Assembly: GCA_038245905.1 (NCBI GenBank)
Contig: JBBRRY010000027.1
Location: forward strand, 1-53,974
Source: Thermoanaerobaculia bacterium
Lineage (GTDB): Bacteria > Acidobacteriota > Thermoanaerobaculia > UBA5066
DNA: 53,974 bases
Direction: 5' to 3'
The translations under genes and the position numbers were made by a program. Below, piece by piece: positions 18,103 through 28,424 of the stretch. Numbering within the stretch: position 1 is the first letter of the stretch; every line of letters begins with the position of its first letter. The notes below the pieces were generated by a model. It was not told the DNA's origin. It was given only the letters and a program-made list of their open reading frames with translations, and did no database searches.

Positions 18103-20520
18103 CTATCGGGACCTCGGTTCGGGCGATTTTCCGTGCGGCGCCTGCTGCGGGGCGGGCCGCGCCTGCTGTGGAGCCGGTCGCGCCTGCTGTGGAGCCGGTC
18201 GCGCCTGCTGTGGGGCCGGCCGCGCCTGCTGTTGAGCCGGCCGCGACCAGCTCTGCGAACGCGCTTCGCCGCGCTGCCGCGCCTGGAAATCGCGGTTCAG
18301 CTCCTGCTTGGGCGGCGCTTGCCGCGTCATCGGGCGTGCGCTCGGCATCACGGGTTTCGCCGCGGGGCTCCTGTCCACGGGCCTTGCGGTGCCCTGGCTT
18401 CTCCAGGCGTCCTTGTCGCGCTGCTGCCAGCCCTCGTTCGTCTTCCGATAGACCTTGCCGTTCCTGCCCGCGTAGACGTTGTTCGGCCGGCCGATCGCGG
18501 GCCGGGACGCGTCGCGCGACGGGGCCTTCGGAATCTCCCGCGAGAGCTCGCCGCGACGGTCGTAGATGTTGTTCTGGATTCTCACCGGACGGATGTCCTT
18601 CACCGGCGGACGGAAGCCAATGAGAGGCCTGCCCGTCTGACCCCGCCGGCCCGGCACGACCACTCCCGGACGGTGCACGCCTCCTCCGACGAGCGTCCCT
18701 CCCCCGCTCCAGCCGGGCGGGCGAATTCCGCCGGGACGGCTTCCCCGGTAGTTGTTCACGATAACGGTCGGGGGGCGATATCCACCGGGACCGAACCAGC
18801 CGCGCCGTCCTCCCCACCCGCCTCCGATCCGGCCCGGGCGGCCCCAGCCGACCGGGCGGAACCAGCCGCCCCAGCCGAAGCTGGCGCTGAAGAACGGGTA
18901 GCTCCACGACGACCCAAAGCCCCAGCCCGACCACGGTGTGTAGTGCGCATGGAAGCCCCACGTGTATGGGCGCGGCCACCAGAAGAGCGGTCCGGCCCAC
19001 GGACGGTAGTTCCAGCCCGTCCCCCAGACGACCGTACCGCCCCACGGGTAACAGCCTTCGTAACCGGGCGTGTAGCCGTACCAGACCTCGTCGGGCGTCG
19101 AGTCGTATACGCGCACGTACTTCACGTTGTATACGGGCACGCTCGGCGGAATCTGGTCGATGTCGTCGCTCGGAACCGAATCGGCGAGCACCCACGGGCC
19201 CGTCGGTGAATCCGCGACGTACCAGACCGCGTTGGCGCAAGCGTAGTACCGGCCGCCGATCCTCAGGACCGAGGTGGGCGTGTTGACCGCGTACTCCGTC
19301 CTCGTGCCTTCGATCGGAATGAACTTCGGCTCGCCATCGTACTGGACCTCCAGCTGAGCCTCGGAACGCCTGACGGCTGCCGTCTGCGGGATCTGCGCGT
19401 CGAGGACGGCGTCCTCGGCCTCGTCCGTGCCGGGTACACTCGCGCGCATATCTCCGATGTCCGAGTCGGGCGGGATCTTCGCGAAGCTCGCGGGGATCTG
19501 ATCGGGCGCGACGTATGCGTACGACCCGCCATCGAGCGACTTGCTCCGAAACCAGCGGCCGGAAAGGAGTACGTAGTAGTTCTGCGTCGGGACGTCCATC
19601 AGAACGTCACTCTCGGTGTTCTCCATCGAGAGGAGGCCGGCGCTCACGCCAACGACGGGCTTGAAGGACGGCTTGCCTTCGGACACGACGAGCTCGGTGG
19701 GCTCCGTGGCCACGACGATCTTCGGCGGGTTCGCCGCCTCGGTCCCGTCCTCGTCCGGGACGTCCCTGTCGTCCTTTTTCTGGGCCTGCGCCGCCTGGGC
19801 CGCGAGGTCCGCGATGTCGGCGGGCGGGCCGCCGATGGGCCGCCACGGCCCCTTCGCGTCGGCTGCCTCGTACCACCACTTCTTGCCTCCGGAAAGGTAG
19901 TAGCGGTTGTTGCGCGTGTCGAGAACCATGAAGAGCGCGGTGTTCACGACGACCTTCAGGCCGGGGGCGGTCTCCACGGCGCGCAGCTGCGGCTCGCCGT
20001 CGAGCAGCACGAGAACCGTCGGCTCCTGCGCGAAGATCACCTTCGGCGGCTCGTTCTTCAGGCCCTGGGCGCTCTTCTTCTCGCGGTCCGCGACCTTCAC
20101 GGCCTCGAGCGCCCGGTCGTACGAGATGACGAGGTTCCACTTCGGGACCTCCGCCTCGACGATTCCCGCGAACATCTTTTCCTTTTCGGGTGTGATGTCG
20201 GGGAAGCGCACCCGGTTCACCTTCAGCCGCAGGATCTCGACGGACCGGTCGTCCCGGTCGACGGACACCCCGGCCGAGAAGAAGATGACGCCGAACTTCG
20301 CCGTCTTGTCGTCCTTCTTCGTGACCGACACGGCCGCGCGCCCGGTCAACGTATCCCCTTTGAAGGTCTCGATTTGCGGCTGGTACATGACCGCCGTGTT
20401 GCCCTTCGGCGTCGTGAATTCCCGCGGCCACGGGTCGGGCGTGATGTCGGCGCTCCGGACGCGGAACGCACCCGCCAGGAGAAGCATTCCCAGGGCGATT
20501 CTGATCAGGTTGAGTCTCAT
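18103..20520 (-). CDS. Large secreted protein with a Trp/Gly-rich region and low-complexity tail
   Basis: SD GAGGAG before MRLNLIR; signal peptide; DPWPR...YQPQ; VWYGYTPGY...VVWGTGW. Confidence 0.8.
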   Translation of the reverse strand: MRLNLIRIALGMLLLAGAFRVRSADITPDPWPREFTTPKGNTAVMYQPQIETFKGDTLTGRAAVSVTKKDDKTAKFGVIFFSAGVSVDRDDRSVEILRLKVNRVRFPDITPEKEKMFAGIVEAEVPKWNLVISYDRALEAVKVADREKKSAQGLKNEPPKVIFAQEPTVLVLLDGEPQLRAVETAPGLKVVVNTALFMVLDTRNNRYYLSGGKKWWYEAADAKGPWRPIGGPPADIADLAAQAAQAQKKDDRDVPDEDGTEAANPPKIVVATEPTELVVSEGKPSFKPVVGVSAGLLSMENTESDVLMDVPTQNYYVLLSGRWFRSKSLDGGSYAYVAPDQIPASFAKIPPDSDIGDMRASVPGTDEAEDAVLDAQIPQTAAVRRSEAQLEVQYDGEPKFIPIEGTRTEYAVNTPTSVLRIGGRYYACANAVWYVADSPTGPWVLADSVPSDDIDQIPPSVPVYNVKYVRVYDSTPDEVWYGYTPGYEGCYPWGGTVVWGTGWNYRPWAGPLFWWPRPYTWGFHAHYTPWSGWGFGSSWSYPFFSASFGWGGWFRPVGWGRPGRIGGGWGGRRGWFGPGGYRPPTVIVNNYRGSRPGGIRPPGWSGGGTLVGGGVHRPGVVVPGRRGQTGRPLIGFRPPVKDIRPVRIQNNIYDRRGELSREIPKAPSRDASRPAIGRPNNVYAGRNGKVYRKTNEGWQQRDKDAWRSQGTARPVDRSPAAKPVMPSARPMTRQAPPKQELNRDFQARQRGEARSQSWSRPAQQQARPAPQQARPAPQQARPAPQQARPAPQQAPHGKSPEPRSR
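18140..18244. repeat. 21-bp tandem repeat, 5 copies, encoding (ARPAPQQ)n
   Basis: Units resembling GCCTGCTGTGGAGCCGGTCGC start at 18140, 18161, 18182, 18203 and 18224. Confidence 0.92.
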
Positions 20521-20598
20521 GCGCGCTCCTCTCGATACAATATCGCGTCCCGGCGGCAGGACCCGCAATCTCCATGCCGCCGTGGGGGAGGACAAGGC

Positions 20599-21543
20599 GT
20601 GATCTACGACGACATTCTCGGAACCATCGGCAACACCCCCGTGGTGCGCATCAACCGACTCGCTCCGGCCGGCACGACAATCTACGTCAAGGTCGAGGCC
20701 TTCAACCCGATGAGCTCGGTGAAGGATCGCCTCGCGATCGCGCTGATCGAGGACGCCGAGCGCCGCGGGGTCCTCAAACCCGGACAGACCGTCATAGAGC
20801 CGACCTCGGGCAACACGGGAATCGCGCTCGCGATGGTCTGCGCCGTGAAGGGCTACCCGTTCGTCGCGGTCATGGCCGACTCATTCTCCGTCGAGCGCCG
20901 CAAGCTCATGAAGGGCCTCGGAGCCAGAGTCATCCTCAGCCCCGCCGCGAATCGCGCGTCGGGCATGGTCACGCAGGCGCGGGAGCTCGCGAAGAAACAC
21001 GGCTGGTACATGCCGGACCAGTTCGAGAACCCCGCGAACCCGGCGTACCACCGCCAGACGACGGGCCCCGAGATCCTCCGCGACTTCGCGGGCAGGCGCC
21101 TCGACTACTTCGTCTCGGGCATCGGGACGGGCGGGACGCTCACGGGCGCGGGCGAGATCATCAAGGCCGCGCGGCCCGAGGTCAAGATTGTGCTCACGGA
21201 GCCCGCCGCCGCCCCGATGGTGACGGAGGGGAAGTGGGCGCCGCACAAGGTCCAGGGCTGGACGGCCGACTTCGTGCCGGCCGTCTTCAACCGGAAGGTG
21301 TACGACGAGGCGGCCCTCGTGACCGATGTCGAGTCGCGCGACGCGGCGCGCGCCCTCGCGCAGAAGGAGGGAATCTTCTGCGGCATCTCCTCGGGAGCCA
21401 CGTTCGCGGCTGCCGCCAAGGTCGCCGAGAAAGCCCCGAAGGGTTCCGTCCTTCTCGCGATGCTCCCGGACACCGGAGAGCGCTACCTCTCGACAGTCCT
21501 GTTCGAGGGGATCACGGAGGACAGTGACGCCCTTCCGGCCTGA
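20599..21543 (+). CDS. cysK: Cysteine synthase A
   Basis: IGNTP, NPMSSVKDR (PLP lysine), EPTSGNTG, GIGTGGT, GISSGA, PDTGERYLST. Confidence 0.95.
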   Translation: MIYDDILGTIGNTPVVRINRLAPAGTTIYVKVEAFNPMSSVKDRLAIALIEDAERRGVLKPGQTVIEPTSGNTGIALAMVCAVKGYPFVAVMADSFSVERRKLMKGLGARVILSPAANRASGMVTQARELAKKHGWYMPDQFENPANPAYHRQTTGPEILRDFAGRRLDYFVSGIGTGGTLTGAGEIIKAARPEVKIVLTEPAAAPMVTEGKWAPHKVQGWTADFVPAVFNRKVYDEAALVTDVESRDAARALAQKEGIFCGISSGATFAAAAKVAEKAPKGSVLLAMLPDTGERYLSTVLFEGITEDSDALPA

Positions 21544-23149
21544 CCGGCGCCGCACGCTCCTCGCCGCCGAGCGGGCGACGGAGGAGCTTTCGCGCCACGG
21601 GCGGACGCGCGTCGCCCTGGGCTTCCCGAACTCCTACGAGATCGGGATGTCGAACCTCGGCTTCCAGTGGGTCTACCGCCTCCTGAACCGCGAGGAGGAC
21701 ATCGCCTGCGACCGGTTCTTCGCGGACGAGGACTCCGACCGGCGCGGACCGCGCACCCTCGAGACGGACACGCCGCTCAGCGACTTCCCGCTCGTCGCGT
21801 TCTCGATCTCGTGGGAGATGGACTACGTCAACTTCTTGAGGCTCCTGCCCGCGGCGCGCATCCCGCTCGAGCGGACCGCCCGCGGCGAAGGCGACCCGAT
21901 CGTCCTCGTGGGCGGCGACTGCGCCCGCATCAACCCCGCGCCCCTCGCCGCCTGGGTCGACGTCTTCGCGATGGGCGACGCGGAAAAGATCGTCCCGTCG
22001 CTCGCGAACGTGCTCCGGCGCGACCTGACGCGCGAGGCCACGCTCGCAGCCCTCGCAGAGCTCAAGGGCCTTTATGTACCGGCGGTCCACGGGGCGCGGG
22101 CCGAGGGCGCCGAGGACGGGAAGATCGTCGTCCAGCAGTTCAAGGCGGCCGAGGGCGCGTTCCGCGAGCCGCCCCACACGACGATCCTGACGCCCAACAC
22201 CGAGCTGTCGGACAAGCTCCTCATCGAAATTGCGCGGGGCTGCTCGGAGATGTGCCGCTTCTGCTGGGCCGCGTACGCGATGGCCCCGCAGGTGCGCGTC
22301 TCGGCCGACGCGGTCCTCGAGATCGCCCGCCGGAACCGCCCTCTCACATCCCGCGCCGGACTCATCGCGACCGCCGTCGCGGACCACCCGGAGATTCTCC
22401 CGATCCTGCGGGGCCTCCAGGCTCTCGACTATCACGTGGCCCTTTCCTCCGTGAAGATCGACGCGATCTCGGAGGAGATCCTCGCGATTCTCACGAAGCA
22501 GGGCGAACGTGCGCTCGCGATCGCGCCCGAGGCCGGCAACGAGCGCCTCCGCCGCGCGATCAACAAGAAAGTTTCCGACGAGATGCTGTTCGAGAAGGTG
22601 AGGCTCATCGCGCGCTCGGGCATCACGCAGCTCAAGCTCTACCTGCAGGTCGGCCTGCCGGGCGAGACCGACGGCGACGTGGACGACGTCGTCTCACTCG
22701 TCGACGCCCTCCGGCTCGTGTTCCTCGAAGAGGGCCGGAAGCGCGGACGCGTGGGCACGCTCGTTCCGACGGTGAACGCGTTCATCCCGAAGCCACACAC
22801 GCCCTTCGAGAACGAGCCGCTCGACGATCCCGCCGCGCTCGAGGAGAAGATGAATTGTCTCGATCGCGCGTTCAAGAAGATGCCGAACGTCACGTTCCGC
22901 GGCATGCCCGTCGTCGAGGCGATCTGGGAGGCGTATCTCGCGAAGATGGGCCCCGATTCAGCCCCGATCCTCCTCGAGGCCGCGGCCGGCGCACCCGTGC
23001 GCCGCCTCGTGAAGACGCACAAGGCGGCCCTGATGGCCGTCGTCAGGCCCGGCCGCGCGCTCGCGCTTCCCGAGCACGCTTCGCCCCGTGGCGTCTTCGA
23101 CCCCCACGCGCGCCAGGCGTCGCCGTGGGGGTTCATCGCGAAGTCGTAG
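21524..23149 (+). CDS. Radical SAM protein (TIGR03960-like)
   Basis: FPNSYEIGMSNLG, EIARGCSEMCRFC (CxxxCxxC), APEAGNERLRRAINK, FIPKPHTPF; SD and GTG lie inside the cysK 3' end. Confidence 0.87.
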   Translation: MTPFRPDRRRTLLAAERATEELSRHGRTRVALGFPNSYEIGMSNLGFQWVYRLLNREEDIACDRFFADEDSDRRGPRTLETDTPLSDFPLVAFSISWEMDYVNFLRLLPAARIPLERTARGEGDPIVLVGGDCARINPAPLAAWVDVFAMGDAEKIVPSLANVLRRDLTREATLAALAELKGLYVPAVHGARAEGAEDGKIVVQQFKAAEGAFREPPHTTILTPNTELSDKLLIEIARGCSEMCRFCWAAYAMAPQVRVSADAVLEIARRNRPLTSRAGLIATAVADHPEILPILRGLQALDYHVALSSVKIDAISEEILAILTKQGERALAIAPEAGNERLRRAINKKVSDEMLFEKVRLIARSGITQLKLYLQVGLPGETDGDVDDVVSLVDALRLVFLEEGRKRGRVGTLVPTVNAFIPKPHTPFENEPLDDPAALEEKMNCLDRAFKKMPNVTFRGMPVVEAIWEAYLAKMGPDSAPILLEAAAGAPVRRLVKTHKAALMAVVRPGRALALPEHASPRGVFDPHARQASPWGFIAKS

Positions 23150-23151
23150 CT

Positions 23152-23922
23152 TCAGCCCTTCGCCGCGCGGAAGTAGGCTTCCGCGCCCGTCTTCAAGAGC
23201 GCGGTGACGGAGTGGAGAATGATCGAGAGGCCACGCGCGGCGAGGTCTTTCGCGCGCGCACCGGTCGGCGCGACAGTGCCCACGACGAGCCCGCGCTTTT
23301 TCGCGACGAGAACGACGCGATCGATCGCGGCCTCCACCTCGGGGTGGCCCGGCCCGTCGGGGAATCCGAGCGCGAGCGCGAGATCGCGCGGGCCCACGAT
23401 GAAGCCGTCGATGCCGGGCACCGCCGCCAGCTCCTCGACGCGTTCGAGCGCCTCACGGGTTTCGATCTGCGGCAGGACCAACGTCTCGCGGTTCGCGCGA
23501 AGGACCCAGTCTTCCTGCTTCTCGGCCCCCAGGAGAAACCCGTTCGCGCGCATCGCCGCGAGGCCGCGGAGGCCGTCCGGCGGATATTTCACTGCCTCGA
23601 CGAGGCGCCGCACGTCGTCGGCGCTCTTGACGCCCGGCAGCATGACGCCGGTCATTCCCGCGTCGAGATACTGCAGGATCAGCTTCGCGTCGAGGCCGCG
23701 CGGCCTCACCAGCGGGGCGAGGCCCGCCCCTTCGCAGGCGCGCGCGACGGCCGCAGCCTCCGGGGGACCCGCCGTGCCGTGCTCGGTGTCGAGGAGGTAG
23801 AGATCGAAGCCGAGGCGCCCGAGCGTCTCGACGAGATCCGGCTCGATGTTCGGCGACAGGAGGCCGTGCACGACCTCGCCCGCCCGAAGCCTGTCCTTGA
23901 GTCCATTTGGAATGCCTGCCAT
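23152..23922 (-). CDS. HpcH/HpaI aldolase family protein
   Basis: GFDLYLLDTEHG, LDAG..GVMLP, KYPPDGLRG, QIET, GPRDL. Confidence 0.9.
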   Translation of the reverse strand: MAGIPNGLKDRLRAGEVVHGLLSPNIEPDLVETLGRLGFDLYLLDTEHGTAGPPEAAAVARACEGAGLAPLVRPRGLDAKLILQYLDAGMTGVMLPGVKSADDVRRLVEAVKYPPDGLRGLAAMRANGFLLGAEKQEDWVLRANRETLVLPQIETREALERVEELAAVPGIDGFIVGPRDLALALGFPDGPGHPEVEAAIDRVVLVAKKRGLVVGTVAPTGARAKDLAARGLSIILHSVTALLKTGAEAYFRAAKG

Positions 23923-23950
23923 CCCTCTCCTCTCGGGTGCCTCAGGCACC

Positions 23951-26125
23951 TCAAGCACCGATGCGCTGGAGCGCGCCGTAGAGGTCGTTCGCCGTGGGCG
24001 GGCGCTGTGCGGGCTCCTTCGCGAGACACGACATGAGGACGCGCTCGAGAAGGTCCGGGAGGTCGGGCCGGAGGGCCGTGATCGGCGCGGGTTCGAACGA
24101 AACGTGCTTGCGCATGACCTCGCCCGGCTCACGTCCCTCGATCGGCCGCTTTCCCGCGAACAGCTCGTAGAGTACGACGCCGACGGCGTAAATGTCGCTC
24201 CGAGCGTCGAGCTCCCGGCCCCGCGCCTGCTCGGGGCTCATGTAGTAGGGCGTGCCCACCGTCTCCCCGCCCTGCGTCGTCGGATCGGCGCCTTCGGCGG
24301 TGCGCGCGATGCCGAAGTCCATGAGTTTCACGACGCCGTTCGGAAGAACCATGATGTTCGGCGGCTTGATGTCGCGGTGGATGATGCCGGCTTCGTGGAC
24401 GGCCGCGAGACCGCGGCAGAGCTGCTTGGCGATCTGCAGGCCAGGCGCGAGCGCGAGAGCGCCCTTCTTGTCGAGGATGTCGCGCAGTGTGGTGCCGGGC
24501 ACGTATTCCATCGTGAGGAAACGAAGCCCGTCCGCCTCGCCGAGGTCGTGAGTGCGCACGACGTTGCGATGCGTGATCTTGCGGGCCAGCCGGATCTCCT
24601 GCTTGAGCGTCTGCCCGATCGTGACGCCCTCGTCGAACGCCTCCGGCTGAAGGACTTTCACGGCTACTTCGTCGTCGAGCTCGCGGTCCAGAGCGCGGTA
24701 CACCGTGCCCATGCCGCCCTTGCCGAGCGTGCCGAGGATCTCGTAGCGCCCGGCGAAGACCGTGCCCGTTCGCGGACCCGCGAACGCGCGCGCCGCGGCG
24801 TCGGGCGGGACGGGCGACGGCGACGCCGCGAGCGTCTGCGCCCGCGTGGCGCCGGCGGCGGGGCTGCGCAGCTCGGCGAGCATCTGCTCGAGGGCGGCCT
24901 TCTCCCTCAGCTCACGGACCATCGCCGAAAACGCGCGTGCCAGCACCCCAACTTCGTCTCCGCCCGCCTCCGGCAGCTTGACATCGAGGTTTCCTTCGCG
25001 GATCTCCGCCGCGCCCTTCGCGAGCTCGGCCAGGGGACGCGCGATGCCGCGGCCCATCGCGAAGGACACGGGCAAAGCGAGGAGGAGCGCGAGCGCGCCC
25101 ACGAGGAGAAGCGTGTCGCGGATGCTGCGAAACGCGGCCGTCTCCTCGTCGCGGGAGCGCGAGACGACGAACGCGCCGAGCGTCTCGTCCGTCGCGCTTT
25201 TGAGCGGCACGGCGGCGACGATGCGGCGGTCACCGGCCACGAGGAAATCGAGCGGGCCGACCGCCTGTCCTTGTCCAAACAGCGAGTCGACGGCGGCGCG
25301 GTCTTTCGCGAGCGCCGCCGCGAGGAGATCGCCCCGAAAGGCCTCCGTCGCCGCCGAGAGCTCCACGCGCGGCGCCTCTCCGCGTTTCGCCGTGTTCGCA
25401 AGAAACCCCGTCTGGCCATTCGTGATGCCCCGCAGCGTCCGCGCGCGTTTCTCGTCGAGCGGCGTCGCGACGGCGAGAACGCCCCTCAGCCGCCCCTCGC
25501 CGATCGCCATGTCGCCGGCGAGAACGGGCACGGAAGCCACCGTGGAAAGAACCTTGCCCTCCCGGATCACCGCGGTTCCGGGCACGCCGAGAAGCGCGTC
25601 CGCGACCCACTTCACCTTCGCGAAGGACGGGCGGCGCTCCTCGTCGATTTCCTGGTCGTTCCGGTCCAGGAGGACTCCGTTCGCGTCGAAGAGAAAGACC
25701 GTTCGCGCATTGAGCTTCGAGGCCTTGTCGAGGGTCCAGTCGTGAAGCGTCTTCGCATCCTTCGCGTCGAAGAGGCTCTTCGTGCCCGGCTCGTCCGCGA
25801 CGCTCGTGACCTGCCGGCGGAGCGAATCCTCGAGGCTTCCCTGGTAGGCGCGGAAAGTATCCGGCATGGCGCTCAGGCTCTCGCGGATGCTCTTCTCGGC
25901 CACCTCGTTCGCGCGCCAGGTCGCCACCGCGATGGCGCCGCCGAGAGTCAGGAGGACGAGGAGCGCGGCCGCGACGGAGAACTTCGTCGCGAGCCCCGTC
26001 CCGCCCATTGCAGCCGTCGGCACGACAGCGGGAGCCGGGGCAGGCGCGGACGCCTGGAGGTCCAACGTGACGACCCGGGTCGATTCGCCCGAAGTCGGGT
26101 GCGGAACGTCAGTACCGGTTCGCAT
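23951..26125 (-). CDS. Membrane sensor (Cache-like)-HAMP-Hanks Ser/Thr protein kinase
   Basis: Two TMs, HAMP (IARPL...GNL...DEVGVLARAF), LGKGGMG, VAVK, HRDIKPPN, DFG, GTPYYMSPE. Confidence 0.92.
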   Translation of the reverse strand: MRTGTDVPHPTSGESTRVVTLDLQASAPAPAPAVVPTAAMGGTGLATKFSVAAALLVLLTLGGAIAVATWRANEVAEKSIRESLSAMPDTFRAYQGSLEDSLRRQVTSVADEPGTKSLFDAKDAKTLHDWTLDKASKLNARTVFLFDANGVLLDRNDQEIDEERRPSFAKVKWVADALLGVPGTAVIREGKVLSTVASVPVLAGDMAIGEGRLRGVLAVATPLDEKRARTLRGITNGQTGFLANTAKRGEAPRVELSAATEAFRGDLLAAALAKDRAAVDSLFGQGQAVGPLDFLVAGDRRIVAAVPLKSATDETLGAFVVSRSRDEETAAFRSIRDTLLLVGALALLLALPVSFAMGRGIARPLAELAKGAAEIREGNLDVKLPEAGGDEVGVLARAFSAMVRELREKAALEQMLAELRSPAAGATRAQTLAASPSPVPPDAAARAFAGPRTGTVFAGRYEILGTLGKGGMGTVYRALDRELDDEVAVKVLQPEAFDEGVTIGQTLKQEIRLARKITHRNVVRTHDLGEADGLRFLTMEYVPGTTLRDILDKKGALALAPGLQIAKQLCRGLAAVHEAGIIHRDIKPPNIMVLPNGVVKLMDFGIARTAEGADPTTQGGETVGTPYYMSPEQARGRELDARSDIYAVGVVLYELFAGKRPIEGREPGEVMRKHVSFEPAPITALRPDLPDLLERVLMSCLAKEPAQRPPTANDLYGALQRIGA

Positions 26126-26870
26126 CGTCGTCCGGAGGAGGATATTTCTTTCCGTACTTGTTCGTGTGGGGCGCGTCGCGGAAGTTCGAGCCGTCGAGCA
26201 CGATCGCGAGCGTGACGGTTTTCCCCGCTGCCACGTCGACGGTGCCCTGATAGTCGCCGCCCTTCTCGTCCCACGCGCGGACCGAGGCACGCCCCGCGGG
26301 GACGCGGGACAGAACGGCGCTGCCGTCCGCGCCCGTCTGAGCCCAGGTCGTTCCGTCGATCACGAGGAGATAGGCCGCCATCTGAGGATGAATGTTGCAA
26401 TAGACGCGGACGAGCCCGGCCGTGTCGAACGTCATCGCGCGCGAGGCTCCGTTGCGGTAGAGCCCGAGATCGAACTTCGCGCCCGGCGACAGGCTGAAGA
26501 CGTTGTGGAAGATGCCGTCGAGATTCGGGAAGTCGACCGTCGTCCCTGCAGGCACCGCCGTGATACGCGGATCGAAGCGTTTGCTCTTCGACGCGATGCG
26601 CGGACGAACGGCAAGAGGAGCCGCGGGAGTGGAGGCAGAAGTCGGGGCAAGAGCCCCGCCGGGACGCACCTGCGAGGCGGCGGCGGGGATCCAGACGATC
26701 GCTTGCACGGCGGGCAGCGGCCGGCGGTCTGCTCCGAGAACCGTCACGGATACCCGGACGTCGCCGGTCGACGGGGCAGCCCCCTCGGGCGCACCCTGCG
26801 CCATGCGCGAGGCGAGAATCAGAGCCAGCGCCGCGGCGCGCGCTCCATGGGCGATCGATTCGTGCCGCAC
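26109..26870 (-). CDS. Secreted cupredoxin-like / carboxypeptidase-regulatory-like protein
   Basis: Signal peptide; FDP...VPAGTTVDFPNLD..FHNVFS...VYCNIHPQM. Confidence 0.82.
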   Translation of the reverse strand: MRHESIAHGARAAALALILASRMAQGAPEGAAPSTGDVRVSVTVLGADRRPLPAVQAIVWIPAAASQVRPGGALAPTSASTPAAPLAVRPRIASKSKRFDPRITAVPAGTTVDFPNLDGIFHNVFSLSPGAKFDLGLYRNGASRAMTFDTAGLVRVYCNIHPQMAAYLLVIDGTTWAQTGADGSAVLSRVPAGRASVRAWDEKGGDYQGTVDVAAGKTVTLAIVLDGSNFRDAPHTNKYGKKYPPPDDDANRY

Positions 26871-26897
26871 AGGTTCCTCTGATTCTAGACAACGGCC

Positions 26898-28061
26898 TCA
26901 GGCGCGCTCCGCGCGCACCTTCGCAACCGCGCGGGCAATCTCGTCGGCGGCCCGGTCGACTTCTTCCTCCGTCGTGAAGCGCCCGAGGCCGAAGCGGATC
27001 GACGCCTCGGCCTCGACGCGGGTGCGTCCGAGCGCGACGAGGACGTGGCTGGGTTCGGCCGACGCCGACGTGCAGGCGGACCCCGACGACACGGCGATGT
27101 CGCGCGCGTTCGACATGACGGCGTCCGCGGGCGCCCCCGCGATCGTCACGTTCAGGTTTCCCGGCAGGCAGAGGACCGGGTGGCCGTTCCGTGAGAGACC
27201 GTCCACGCGTTCCCGGAGCCGCTCCCAGAGCCGGTCGCGAAGGCCCGCGACCCTTTGCGATTCAGCCTGGCCCTCTGCACGCGCGATCTCGGCCGCGGCG
27301 CCGAATCCGACGATGCCCGGGACGTCGAGCGTTCCGGGCCGGAGGCCGCGCTCGTGGCCGCCGCCAAAGGACAGGGGCGCGAGCCGCACGCGCGGATTCA
27401 CGGCGCGCACGAAGAGCGCGCCCACGCCCTTCGGGCCGCACAGCTTGTGGGCCGAGAGCGACACGAGGTCGAGGCCGAGGCCGTGAACGTCCAGCGGGAC
27501 CTTCCCGAGCGCCTGGACGGCGTCCGTGTGGAAGACGATCCCGCGCTCCTTGCACACGCGCGCGATTTCACCGATGGGGTTCAGCGTGCCGATCTCGTTG
27601 TTCGCCGCCATGACGGACACGAGGACCGTCTCCTTCGTGAGGGCTTCCGCGACGGCTGCCGCGCTCGTCGTTCCCTCCGCGTCAGGCGGAAGGTACGTGA
27701 CCGAGAACCCCTCGGTCTCCAATCGGCGGCAGGGGTCGAGCACGGCGCGATGCTCGATCGCCGACGTGACGACGTGCGCCCCGGGGACCTGCCGCGCCCG
27801 CGCGGCGCCGAGGACGGCGAGGTTGTCCGCCTCGGTCGCGCCCGAGGTGAAGACGATCTCGCGCGGGTTCGCGCCGACGAGGCGCGCGACGGCCTCGCGC
27901 GCTGCGGTCACCGCGGCTTCCGCCCGCCAGCCGAAGGCGTGGCTCCTAGACGCGGCGTTCCCGAAATGCTCCGTGAAATACGGCCGCATCGCCTCGAAGA
28001 CGCGCGGATCGACCGGCGTCGTGGCGTGATAGTCGAGGTAGACGGGCGGTTTCGGTGTCAT
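26898..28061 (-). CDS. iscS: Cysteine desulfurase
   Basis: [34 protein letters not shown]. Confidence 0.93.
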   Translation of the reverse strand: MTPKPPVYLDYHATTPVDPRVFEAMRPYFTEHFGNAASRSHAFGWRAEAAVTAAREAVARLVGANPREIVFTSGATEADNLAVLGAARARQVPGAHVVTSAIEHRAVLDPCRRLETEGFSVTYLPPDAEGTTSAAAVAEALTKETVLVSVMAANNEIGTLNPIGEIARVCKERGIVFHTDAVQALGKVPLDVHGLGLDLVSLSAHKLCGPKGVGALFVRAVNPRVRLAPLSFGGGHERGLRPGTLDVPGIVGFGAAAEIARAEGQAESQRVAGLRDRLWERLRERVDGLSRNGHPVLCLPGNLNVTIAGAPADAVMSNARDIAVSSGSACTSASAEPSHVLVALGRTRVEAEASIRFGLGRFTTEEEVDRAADEIARAVAKVRAERA

Positions 28062-28135
28062 GGGACGGCCGCGCGGCCATCCTCGGCCCCGCGCTCTGGG
28101 TTTGCAACCCGGGATGAGCGAAGATCGGAAGCGAA

Positions 28136-28420
28136 ATGCTCCACCTTCTCGTCGCGACCGTCGAACGGCATGACCTCCTCGACGAGCTCCGCGCGATCGC
28201 GCCGGCCACCACCACGTTCCTCGGCGAGCAGGGGCTGGAGAAGACCCTCGAGCGGCTCGGCCGGTCCGCGCGCATGGACGCGGTCGTCACGGATGCTCCG
28301 GAAGTCCTGATGGAGATCTACCACGAGATCCCGGGGGCGCTTCCCGTCTATCTCGCGCGGCCCGACGAGGACGCCGCGGCCGTCCTCGCGGGTCTCGACG
28401 CTCTCCTCGCGGCAGACTGA
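28136..28420 (+). CDS. Small hypothetical protein, possibly a degenerate receiver-like fold
   Basis: Fills the gap between iscS and thyX with GC3-rich codons; MDAVVTD segment. Confidence 0.55.
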   Translation: MLHLLVATVERHDLLDELRAIAPATTTFLGEQGLEKTLERLGRSARMDAVVTDAPEVLMEIYHEIPGALPVYLARPDEDAAAVLAGLDALLAAD

Positions 28421-28424
28421 CCCC

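Noticed and set aside
18140-18244. Repeat array as a possible CRISPR
   Set aside because: Head-to-tail 21-bp units without spacers, in frame within a CDS, and no cas genes.
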